Shown in pieces: positions 38,699-51,200 of a stretch of DNA of 64,000 nt. The stretch spans positions 1,178,001 through 1,242,000 of the forward strand of contig CDROCS010002398.1 of the NCBI GenBank assembly GCA_977020255.1. The letters run 5' to 3'. This DNA is from Obrimoposthia wandeli (taxonomy: Eukaryota). Both the position numbers and the translations under genes were made by a program. Within the stretch, counting starts at the first letter, position 1. The number at the start of each line of letters is the position of its first letter. The notes below the pieces were generated by a model. The model was not told the DNA's origin and made no database searches. It worked only from the letters and a program-made list of their open reading frames with translations.

Positions 38699-41449
38699 CA
38701 GTAGAAATATGCTGACAACAAAAAACCACGACGACGACGATCCACTCGCTGCTCAACCACCGCGAGACCTCTGCTCCTCCTTATTCTTACTCTTCTTCAT
38801 CTTCTTCTGATTCTTCTGCTAGTTAGAACACTGCGTCTGTCTGCTTGATGCGATCGATACTTCTCTCTTCTGATTCTTCAGCGTTCCCTAACGCTAGAGA
38901 CGTTGGGTGGTCTGCTATCGCTATATTAGATTCTCTCAATGGACAAATACTTTCACCCTCACATGTGTTATTTCCTTTGACAACTGTTACCACCTCCACG
39001 CAGTATCTTTCTCCATTCAATGATGATGACGATGATGGTATTTATGATGATAATGATGATGTAAACGTGTGGATGCTTATCTTCGTATTGATATTATAAA
39101 ACATGTAGAGTTTCGAACAACCGTCGTTTCTTATTTTATTTTCCCTTTCTCATTATTCATTCACATTTTCATTTAGGGACTAATAGTTCGAGACCAGTCA
39201 GCGTACAATTAAGTATACGCGTATTTTTACCAGAAGCATTTTAAATTTATTTTTTATTAGTAACAAATTTAAATTATTCTACTTTGTTAAATAAGCTAGA
39301 GATTTCGCCAGAAATTGTACATGGCTGATGCATTTGATAAAACGATTCAATCACGCATTATTCAAATAAGGCATTCTAAAATGGAAATTGAGAATTCACC
39401 TTTGTTGCATGCTTTCGTTAGTTATATTTGGGGTTGAAGTAATCCAATATAAATTTTTTGCTACAAAAGCCAAGTGTTGAGTTTTAGCAAAATTGTAACG
39501 GAATTGTAATGAATCTGAACTTTAAATAATACAAGAGTTCTTCTACGTAAATTAGGATAGCTTGATTCTCACTGCTAAGTATTTTATCGAAACCTCTCAC
39601 TCTTAAAAACATTTTGACTTAATAAGCTAAGCATCATATACCCTTTTTCTCCTATCAGTTATTTCTGATACTCAAGATCTTCATTGTACTGTTTTCTTGG
39701 CTTCCGTGTTATTAGATCGCCATTCTGATACTTTTGTAACATAAGATTAGTAAATTCCGCTTCGATGTTCATCATTGATACAGAAAATTAAAATAGAAAA
39801 TTTGGAGAAATTCAATGATTTTAACAGTCTTCCAAGAGTCTGTTAAAATGAGAATGTTTGCTAATAATTTATCAAATAAATGTTTTACATACTTGATAAT
39901 TTTAAATCCGTTTCATCAGGCTTTAAAATCGACTAAAAATAGCTATTTTAAAAATTTATCACTTACTCAGTTTCTTTATTCGACTTAGTAAGTTACACAG
40001 AGTGTACGCGATTAAATTAGAGTAATAATTAGAGCTTATTTGATCAATTTTTAATCAATTTAATGAAAAATATTTAATAATTTTCATTAACATGGTATGC
40101 AAAATGGCTGTAAAGGATCAAACAACGTTTATTATATTTATGAAAAATAGTTTACTACCTATGATTTAAAATTTTTATTTTCAAAAAATTAGTTAAAGAT
40201 TTATACTTAATTCTCTGTTAAAAATTAAGAACTATGCTTAAATCCTGTTTTATATATTAGTATCACAATTAAAAGTTTAATTTTTAATTTTTACAAATTT
40301 ATTTATTTTACAACAGTCAGACTACACAATATACCCATGTATTATTTGGTACTTATGTGGCACTTGATTAAAGCATGAACATTATAGAAAAAACGTGTGA
40401 TCCATATCATCTAACCGAACTCCTTCTTAACACATTGTACATTCAGTGGGAAAAGTTAGAGATGCAGCTTCAATGGTCCTGATGTCTGGTAAATTCAAAA
40501 ATATTATAAGTTTCTATCTAAATTACTGTAAGTTGAAAATGAGACATATAGGACTTTAACAATTTATTTGGGAAAATTTAACATCAAATATAACTATTAG
40601 AGCAATGCATAATATATAATAATAAAACATTTAAAATGAAAGTCCCTAAATAATGTATTTCAGCTGTTTCTAAGAAATTGTTCGCGCCAATTTTAATTTA
40701 TTTAACTTTTTTGCATATAACTTTGTTACAGTAGATTTCATAAACCTATTTTTGATCGAATATTATAGTAAGTAGTCATAAGTTGGTATGTGAATGTATA
40801 GAATACTTTCATTTTGAAATTGAGAAATTCTGAATAAAGACATGAATACTAATAGATGTATTTTATAGTGTCAAACTCCTAAACTATTCGTTGACATGTT
40901 CATTTAAATTATTATACATATTTATAAAATAATATCAGTGAAATGTACTTTAACATAGTCACACTCTAACTATTCATTATGAACTGCAACGGTCAGTATT
41001 ACCTAGTCAAATTGTCGCTGTTCACTCAACTGAAAATTTTCTGTAATTTGCAAGAGATTATTCAATTATTTAGTGAAATCTTTCTTTCTTACAAAGTAGT
41101 ATATTTCAAGCAGTTTGAAAGGGTAATTATTTTTATTATTGTAATAGTTTGTTTAAATATTCTTAATTTTAGTAGTAGTGATTGAAAAGTTGAATAAAAT
41201 TAATTCTCATCGACATCTTTGATTTTTACATTGGAACAATTATACCTCTTTTAATAACTTTTGTAATTATTTACAGAGAATTTTGATAAATCATGAAATA
41301 CAAATATTTAAAATAACGAGAGAAAAAATGCAAGGTAATTTTAACAAATTTAAATGTATTTTAAGGTTAATTTACGGCATTTTAAAAACAAGTTCAATCA
41401 TGTTTAGGATTCTATATGACCCCAAAAATATTATATATAAACTGTGACA

Positions 41450-41950
41450 TTAAGATCTTTACTATATATAATCCAAAAAAACTGGTTGTATAAAATTAAG
41501 AAGACAACTAACATATGGGTATGGATTAAATCTAGGAAGTTACGCATTCATATTGATGATAAAACAAAATACTAATGTTTGAAGCACTCATTTACTTTAT
41601 TAACATTGCTACGCAGACCCATGCAATAACATTTTACTATGTTTATTCACATTTAACACGGATAAATTCACTGCCCGCTATCACCTGCCTTATTGCAAAC
41701 GCCAAAGGATCATTATTTGTTAAATTTGTTCACAAGATTATAAGAGAAAAGGACATCGTTTATTATTACGCTTGTTATCGTTTTCAAAATGTTTTGATTC
41801 TCCCTCAATGAACAATCCACCACAATGAGTGGATGTAAAAAGTAAAACGTTACAGTTGACGAATTATTGATATAATCAAGAAGAAGCTGTTCCAAATTAA
41901 TTTAATCGACAATTGATTCTCTTTATTTTATCGGTTGCTCTGTTTATATT
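41450..41950 (+). pseudogene. MULE transposase core remnant
   Basis: FYYVYSHLTRINSLPAITCLIANAK resembles F.QLY.IH......P...CLL..K; frameshifted. Confidence 0.4.
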
Positions 41951-44900
41951 GGAAAAGTAAATCGAATATTTAAACACATTAATTTTAATAAATTATTTGA
42001 TTGTTTAACAAATAATTTTTAAGGTGCAAAGTGTAAATAGTTTTGAGGTCATATGAGACCTCAAACTTAAACAAGTTATTTTTATGCTTCTAAAAATCAG
42101 AATGTTTAACTTATACTTTCATGTATCAGTCAAAGTAATCATAAAAATCAAAGGAACTGTGGTATGGGGACTTTTTCATTTGGCTACATATTTGTGAAAA
42201 TGGCTAGAGTTTCATATGATCCAAAACATAAATAAACTATTAAATTAATCAATAAAATCCACGTCGAATTTTAATACGAAAATAGGGTATTAAATTCTGT
42301 AGTGTATGTAAATTAAACATTTGCGTCTTGGGTATAGTATCAAAAGATTATTGATTTTAGGCATATTTCAACAAAAAAAACATTTAGTGTTCAGTATGTC
42401 TTTTGAATAAAATATTACATAAAGTGAAAAAATTACACATTTTTTCAAAATATAAACCTTATAAATACATATTTTTCGATAAGACAGCACAGTATTAAAT
42501 CTTTTCTTATAAAATCAAGTATCATTTAAAGATTTTAATTAAGATTTTATGTCTTAAAGGCATTTTTAATGTGGTAAATTATGAGGACTATCTATTGAAT
42601 TATCGAAACTAAATTTGAAAATTGTTCTAATCCATAATGATAACATTTGCTAATTTACAAGAAACGTATATTAATTTGCAAAACTGATAAATGTTATATA
42701 CATGCTAATTTCAAAGTCTTAGTGTGTTTTATATGTATGTTGTGGTTTCTATATAAAACTACTTTGGATTCAGATAGATCCTCTGATGGAGGCCCCCAAC
42801 GTGAGTTCTATAGAAGTAGGGCTTGCAGTGGTTTGTGGCTTACTTAGCTTGTGCTTGCCTGTCTCAATGTCTTATCTGAAGGTTTGTTTTGTCTGGGTGT
42901 TGTGTAAATGTAACAACGCTGTTTAGTTGTAGGAAATCTTTATTATTGAAAACACACTATTTTACGTTCTAAAAATGACAACAGCTAGTCCTAAGTACTT
43001 TTCACAAAATCTTCGCACAAGTGGGGACGTTTCACGTATCAATTTTAATCGTTTATATTAGTTCAACAGAGTATTCACTCCAAAATATGGGCAGTTTAGT
43101 TTGATTTAGTTTCAAAATAAGTTTACACTTCAAAATCGATAATTCTACAATTCAATTGAATGACTTTCCAATTTCAAAATGAATGATTTTATAATTCAAA
43201 AATAGATAATTTTACAATTTAAATAAATACTTTGCTCTATTCCTTGGGCATTTTCAGTCAATGGTTCTGCATCTCTTCGGAATTCGGCCAAGGCTTCTGG
43301 AATTTAGCACTACTGAAAATATCAATGAAATGGCTCCGAAAATTCAATCACTTACTAATCCTCGGATTTTCCTTTTTATAGTGATTCCTGATTCCACGTC
43401 TGAAGATCAGCTGGATTTTCATAGCGTCTTCTTACTGTTCTGGCTAATTTAGATTGCGTGATCCTTCTTAGACGCCAATGCGTCGAAATTGATGTCTCGC
43501 CTGGCGCACTTTTGCTAAGTGATATTGAATCCTCCGTTTTCTTGAGATTAATTAATTTCCGTGATTATTGATAATTGAAATTTGACTTCTATATATTCCC
43601 CTTTTTTGCGTCTTTGGGCTCTAAACTCTCCCTATATATAATACACCAAACACTTGACCTCTTCAAGGTTCTAAAATACTTTTGGTAAAATTATTTTTAT
43701 TTAATGTCTTTATTTTTATTCCTATTTATTTGTAACCTTGCTTTCAAGGATTTATTTTACTATTTAATAAATAATTATTCTCTAAATTTTATTAATTTCC
43801 TAATCCTAACATGTATGCAAAATTATATGCCAAATTATTTAAACATGACAGTAAAACCCAAATAGAACATTCTTTTGCATATAAATTGTGCTTTCACAAT
43901 CCTTAGATGAACGTTTTTCTTAATAACATTTTCATAAGCTAAAACATTTAGATTATATATTTACTATTTCATTAAACCGTAATGTAATTTTTGAAAACTT
44001 AATTTGAATAATTTTTATTTTGTATTCTAAAATTCTGAAGTATTACGTATACAAATTTTTGAATGCAATATATTTAAATAGCCACCATTAACATTTATTG
44101 GTACACTTTATATTCAATTAATTTTAAGACATATAAATAAAGAACCTAACTTCTAGTTTTCATATGAATTATTTGATTCTAAGTGGAAATTTTTTTTTTT
44201 TTCATGAACTAGTAGCATATGCATTTTAATTTCGGATAAAGCCTTATTTTGTGTTTATAGGTATTTGGAGAAAACTTATACTAAGAATAGTTATAAAATA
44301 AACATAAATGAATAAAACAGATTCTTTCTAAAAGCAAAATATAAAATGATAAAAAGTTCTAAATTTTAATGTTATTCTAATTACTTTTTCTTTAAATTTT
44401 AAGTAAATTGCAAAATAAATTTTTATATTTATTGTTTTAATATTTTATCTAAATAAATTTTGTTACAGAAATAAAAAATAATTTAGACAAATCTTTTTTA
44501 TAAAATCTATATTAATTTATATTTTCATTCTTTTATCCGCTATATTAATTGCATAGAAAACTGAATATATTATAAAACATTTACGAAAATGTTTTTTTAA
44601 TATTTGAAAATTATTAAAGAATTTTTAAAATAAATGTAAATTGATATTATTAATTATTAAAGGAGAAAATATTTTCAAAATATAGTTTTTTAAATGTTTA
44701 ATTAATATACATATTTAAAAATAATTAAAATGATACAATTATGAAGATGAAAACAAAATATTTGTTTGCACTTACAAAATTCAATTGTTAATATTTAGAA
44801 GGTATAAAATTCAAATATTTTATGATATTCTGATATCAAAGTTGTAATATTTTATATTGTTATGGCCATTGTTATTTTCTATATTTATACTTTGAATGAA

Positions 44901-45176
44901 AAATTTTTAAAATATTTTATTTCACAATTATTCATATGAACAAATTGTTTTAGTATAAAATTTTAAGAGTTTATTATTTAAAAATCATGGATTTTACAAT
45001 TTTCTTACCATCCCTTTCCTTTGTTTATTTCATAAGTATAATCGGTGTTATAAAACATTTTTAGAATATATACATATTTTATTTTATTTGACATATTAGT
45101 TTATAATGATATAATTTAAATACAAAGTATTATATTTCTTTTTAATGTATTGTTAATCATTTTTTAAAAATAATTT

Positions 45177-45217
45177 ATGCCTGTTATTAGCAATGGGATA
45201 AATTTTGGCCATGGATC
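45177..45217 (+). CDS. smo: Candidate smo first exon
   Basis: ATG-MPVISNGINFGHG-TC|gtaagt, phase 2, compatible with the next exon. No hydrophobic signal peptide in this frame. Confidence 0.4.
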
Positions 45218-48200
45218 GTAAGTGGATAAATACTGATAAACAAAAATATTTCCAAATTAACTGACTGGGAAAACAAACGTCATTCATATTTAACGTTATT
45301 TAAAATATAGTGTAATGTTGGTAAACTGTTAACTTTATTATGCTGAAAATAATCTTATTGATATAAATGATTAATGTACTATATGACATAGTAATATATT
45401 TGAACAAGTATTGTTTTCATATTTCATTTTCAATGTAAATTTTTTATTAAATATTTTATTTTTATGTTAAATTTTTTCTATTTAATTTTTTTTCTAACAA
45501 TTTTAATAAAATGTAATTTATATTTTTGTGAACAATTTTTAAGAAATTATGGACGATCAGAGGAAAAGTTAAGATTTAATTTTACATCAAACATTATTCT
45601 TTCGCCATAGAAATGAATGTCGCCAGGAAGTAGATAGCTGTTATAAAGTCGAAAACTTGCTTCGTAATAGCTCATGTTATGGACTGACAATTCCTTATGC
45701 GAATTCTGTGGAGGCATATCAGGATCAATTGTCGTTAGATCGTTGGCAGCAACTGCAAGCCGTTCCCGGGTGTTGGAGTTACCTCAAGGTTGATTATAGA
45801 TTTTATTAGTAACATATAATGAATAATTTAATTTGACGTGATAAATTGTCTTTCAAAATGATAGCTAAAATGTAAAAAGTCACTCCAGTTAACTAATTTT
45901 GTCTGGGTAAAAAAATACAATGGTTATCCGTTTTATTTGTTTATCAATGGTTACATTAGTAATTTTAATTAAAAATTTTACATTCAGTGGGTATGAATGG
46001 GGACTTGTTTCGGCAGTATCTGTGTTCTTTAAGATCTTTAAGAAACATTTATGAATGTTCTATTTGAGTGTTTGTTTTGTCTATCGTTTCTTTATCACTC
46101 TTGATATACAACAAAATGTATCTAATAGATGATAAGCTCAAGAATATTTTATTCAACCGACCAATGGCAATGTGGAGACAAAATCATTTTAGTAATTTTT
46201 TATGTTTATTAAATTTAAATTAATTAAATTGATTATTATTCCAAAAATCTCTAGAAACAGAATGTCTTAGCCGTTACAATCTAAATGATCCTTTCGGGGA
46301 CATCTAAGTCTAAAGTTTTCGCTCCCGTTTCTGGAGATTTTTGGTATAATAATCAATTTAAATTTAATAAACAGAAAAAATTACTAAAAATGATTTCGTC
46401 TCCACATTACCATTGATCGGTTGAATAAAGTATTCTTGAACTTCTCATCTATTGGGCTGATAAAAAAGTTATTTCGCTTATAGCAAAAGATCATTAGAAC
46501 CTCTCAGTACTTTTATGGAAATAAAACTTTAATTAACCAATAATTTCTGTTGACTTCAATTATGTTCGTCTAATGATGAACTAATTTTACTCCTTGAATA
46601 AATTTATATCCCGTGTGGAGCAGACTCGACACAGTTTTCAGCTTCATAACTCGTGTTTAACTTTAACTGTCCAGTCTTTTGTATAGTCCTAAATAAGTGA
46701 TACTCTTTCTGTGCCATATCAGGATAATATGGCGGATATTTCATTAATTCCCATTCGAATGCTTGAAGATTTTGAACACTTAGCAGCATTATTTTGGTGC
46801 AATAAAATCTTTTTTTCTCTTGGGCTTCTCAGATTTGATCCATTTTTCATCTGATGTTAGTATTCTGTATAACATTCTTCCTCTCTTTCAATCAGCCAAC
46901 AAAATTAACGCACGCGAATACATGATCAATACGGTGTAGTACCCAAGTGCTTAATTTATTTGTCATGCCAATAGATCGATTCAAATTATGCGATAAAAAC
47001 ATTTATACTAACTCAATATTTAACATTGAAAAGTATTTCTGGTTAATTGGGATCGTTACTACTTATGTCCTGGAAATATTGCCCTAATTATTTATCCACA
47101 AGTTATATTTTTCCTGAATAAATGTAACAAGTCTGTCAAAACTATATTCAAATTAAATAGTGTTAGTACAAGTGAACACTTAATCAAGCTCCATTGGCTG
47201 CTGATCCATGTCAGAATTGAATTCAAGATCCTACATATTATCCAAAAATGTATTCTCACTAAGCCGAGATATTTATATGATCTTCTCAAGCCTGGTGTAT
47301 AATATAAATATTTTGGCTTTTGTGAAAGAATACATTTTTGGATAATATGTAGGATCTTGAATTCAATTCTTGCAATAATCCGTAGCCGATGAAGCTTCAT
47401 TAAATGTTCACATGTACTAGCACTTTTCTTTAATTTGAATATAGTTCTGACGGCTTTGTTTAAATGTCCTGCAAGCGATTTAATTGATCAATTGGAATAT
47501 TACACAGTACATTTTATGATTATTCTTAGAGCATATTTTTATATTGGCATATACTATGATCCATAAACATAAAATTGTCTTTGTATAGATATTGCTGTGT
47601 AGTGTGAAGTATCCAGCCTGCTACAAGTCTGGTGGGAACAATGACAAAAAATGGCATATAGTTAGAGTTGCCCAGGATGTGTGTCTCGCAGCTAGGAGGC
47701 ATTGTCCTCATCTGCTACATGGGAATAACAGTGACCCCGATGATAGGCCTGACCTATCTGTTGTTGAGCAGACCCCATTTTTTCTCCAGTGAGTTAAATG
47801 TTTTTATTGGATGATTGATTCTGTTTATGTTGGCTTGCTTCATATGTGTTTTCTGATCATTTAAATAAGTAGATCTCAAAGTGGGCAATATCGCCTCCTT
47901 CAAATAGAAGAGGGTGAAACAACGCATGGAGCCAATCTGAAATATTATTTCAGTTCATTAAGATGTACATTATACTACAAACTAGTAATTGTTCTCCGGT
48001 ATAAAATATACACAGTCACAGCACTTAGAATTATCGAACAATTTATTTACAAATATGATTGGTATCGTCCTGTAAGAATGGGAAATTGTTGAATTGTTCA
48101 CAACACTGCTAATATACTTCTCTCTCAATTAAATTTCCATCCTTTCAATCGCTTGGTAATAGTATTTCGCTTTTATGTTGGCAGTGGCTCACAATGTATG

Positions 48201-51200
48201 ACTCACTTGCAAAATTGCGAACTGTTAATGAAAGTTTTGACGATATGTATCTGGTAAACATTGTTTCCATGAAGATATATTATACTATTTTTCTATTGTC
48301 ACATTTCAGTTATAATCTTCACAAATAAATCGTCCTCCAGATGCGGCCAGTTTGAACCTCATTGTTCAGTCAGTCCCTACAAGAAGCTGATAGAGGCTCA
48401 GACTTCTGTTGCAGCTACTGGAGCCTCGTTATGTCGTTTCCCCATGGTCCTAACTGGTAAATCGTCTCTTTGGTGAGTTTCTTCAATTGCATTCATTGGC
48501 TTCTAACTCATAAATAGCCTTTATCAATTCTTTTTCATTTATGCATATCTTATTTCAATCTTTTGGGTTTTTCTATGACGGAAATTTTGATCTCGTGCAG
48601 GATTAACGGATTTTCTGGATGTGCCTTCTACTGCCTGACACCGTATTTCACTAATGTAGACTACGAATTCTGCCGACTGCTGTTTGGCATCGTTGGACTT
48701 ATCTTCAGCATCGCTAATCTTCTCGCAATTGTAAGTAAGATAATGAGTGACTGATAGTGAGCGATTGAGTGAGTGAGTGAGAAGGAGGGAGAGTGAGTAA
48801 ATAAGTAAGTATTTGAGTGAGTAAGTGAGTTAGTGAGTGAATGACTGTCTGACTAAGAGTGAGTATTGAGATTGTTAGAGTGTGTGAATACATAAATGAG
48901 TGAGTAACTGTCTGACTGAGAATGAGTAAGAGAGTGTGAGTGAGTAAATGAGTTAGTGAGTGAATGACTGACTGACTAAGAGTGAGTGAGTGAGTGAGAA
49001 TGAGGGAATTTGGGAATGAGTAATTATTTGAGTGAGTAATTATTTGAGTGAGTAAGTATTTGAGTGAGTTAGTGAGTGAATGACAGTCTGACTAAGAATG
49101 AGCGAGTAAGTGTGATTGAGGGAGTGAGTTAGTGACTGATAGTGAGTGAGTGAGGTTGAGAGTATGTGAGTGAGTAAATGAGTTAGTGAGTGAATGGCTG
49201 ACTGACTAAGAATGAGCGAGTGAGTGAGAATGAGGGAGTTTGTGAGTGAGTAAGTATTTGAGTGAGTTAGTGAGTGAATGACTGTCTGACTAAGTGAGTT
49301 AGTGAGATTGATGGAGTGTGTGAATACATAAATGAGTGAGTGAGTGACTGAGAGTGAGTAAGAGTGTGTAAGTATGTAAGTGAGCAAGTGAGTGAGTGAG
49401 TGAGTATACGAGTGAATGATTGATTGATTGTCACTTACGTATAGGTTACATTCGTGGGGCATCAGCGTCTGAAAATGGGTGGCTGCAGCAACAGCAGTAC
49501 CAGTAGCAGACTGATAGAGTCGGGACGCTGTCGATGGCACCCCTTGTTGCTGACGCTTTGTGCTAGTCTGGGCTACAGTTTGCTGGGGTCGGTGGGTTGG
49601 GCGGGTCAGCTGTTGCCATCTGTGAGGAGATCCGTGTTGTGTCGAGGGGATGGCGCTCTCAGGGTACGGGAGCCACAGTCCAGGTGGGTAACCTAGAAGG
49701 AGCGGGTGGCACGGACCAGTGGTTGCACACTGACTGCCCACGCATAATACATAGATTGTAAATTAAAATGGCTTTGTATTTAATTATGTAATTATGAAAT
49801 TTAACTTTATAGACCTTTAAATTTTAAATATGACCTTGTTTGTTTAATCTCAATAAATTGCAAATGATCTATTATTGAAATCAGGAAGAAGGAAGCAATG
49901 TAGTAGATCTCAGATTTGTATAAAAAATGTCATGGGTCTAAAAGACATTGTTCATGATTCCTTAAATCGAACCTACACTGTTGAAGCAGTAATTTAATCA
50001 ATAAACTTTTTCCATGAACGAGCCTGAATCCTCGCGTATTTGTTGCACTGCTTAAAGAAGTTGATAGTGAGTACGAAAAATATTTGAGGAGCTGTTTTGA
50101 AACGTTCTTATAAACTTAAGATATCTGAGTTTGAAACAATAGTTGTGTTTTGCAGCATGGACGGATCGATGGCTTGTGTCGTGGTGTTCTGTCTAGTGTA
50201 CCTATCGATTATCTCGGCATCCTCGTCCACGTTGTCCTTCTTCTACATCGTTTGGTCCTCGCTGGCCCGCTACACAGCCGGAGTTTCTGTCGAAAGAAGC
50301 AGCAGTGGTAGCAATCAAGATGACCGGCTTCTCCCGACAGGTATGGAGAGCAGAAATCGCCATCAAGTTCTTTTTAGATAACATTTACCGTGTATTTCGG
50401 TGTATAACTCGGTGTAAATTCAACTGTCCAAGAATTAGATTCAACCATTAAGACAGGGAATTTAAACAGCGCCGATATATATGTATTTGACTGTACTTAC
50501 GTTAATTAGATCCAAAACCTACCCTTGATAACAATTCCGGACATATGGAATTTTGGTTGACAGTTGGAAATAGCTCCGCGAAATAGGAAGGGGTACAAAC
50601 ATAAGGATTCAATAGTGAGTTCTGGTGCAGCTGACGATGGGAGCACCCCAAAAGACGGGCAGCATCGGCTGTGGCGTGGTGTGTTGGCTGACTACTCGCG
50701 AGTTAAGAACCAAACGCTGACGTGTCAGATATTCGTGCTGCTCTTCTCAGTTGCGCTGCTTGTCATCAGCCTCACTGTTGCCGAGGTTATTTGGTTCATT
50801 ATTTCTTCTAGAATAATAATCAAGTAAAAACTGTCTCTGTTATTTAACTGGACAAATTCGTAACATGAACATACCATATGGGCTCCAGCTGAGCTAGTAC
50901 TAGGGTATTTGCTGTGCTTAACAGATCGGTACATTACATTTATGTCTGTTAAAATATTTATTGTTGATTTTACGCTTCATTATTGCAATACTTCTTTCCC
51001 GATAGCCCAGAAGAATGACTCAATCTTGAGCTTCCATCTAATTTTTCATATTGTTTTCATAATAATCGGCTGAGGTTCTTGATGGTATTAATGTTTCCAA
51101 GGCTGGTCCTAAATGTTGATTTCCCCCCTTTTGCGAGGTATGATCTGGAATTTCTTTCCACTTTGTTTCTTACAACATATGAGGCTTTGGTTGATTATGT

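Noticed and set aside
42785-42990. tRNA-Lys-like primer binding site with adjacent LTR
   Set aside because: Several mismatches to TGGCGCCCAACGTGG and no bounded LTR upstream.
48310-48340. Upstream acceptor at 48309 for the smo linker exon
   Set aside because: In the phase 2 required by the preceding exon it gives an immediate stop. The acceptor at 48340 keeps the frame.
49040-49741. 233-aa minus-strand ORF with HSLT repeats
   Set aside because: It is antisense to a smo exon plus the (GAGT)n microsatellite.
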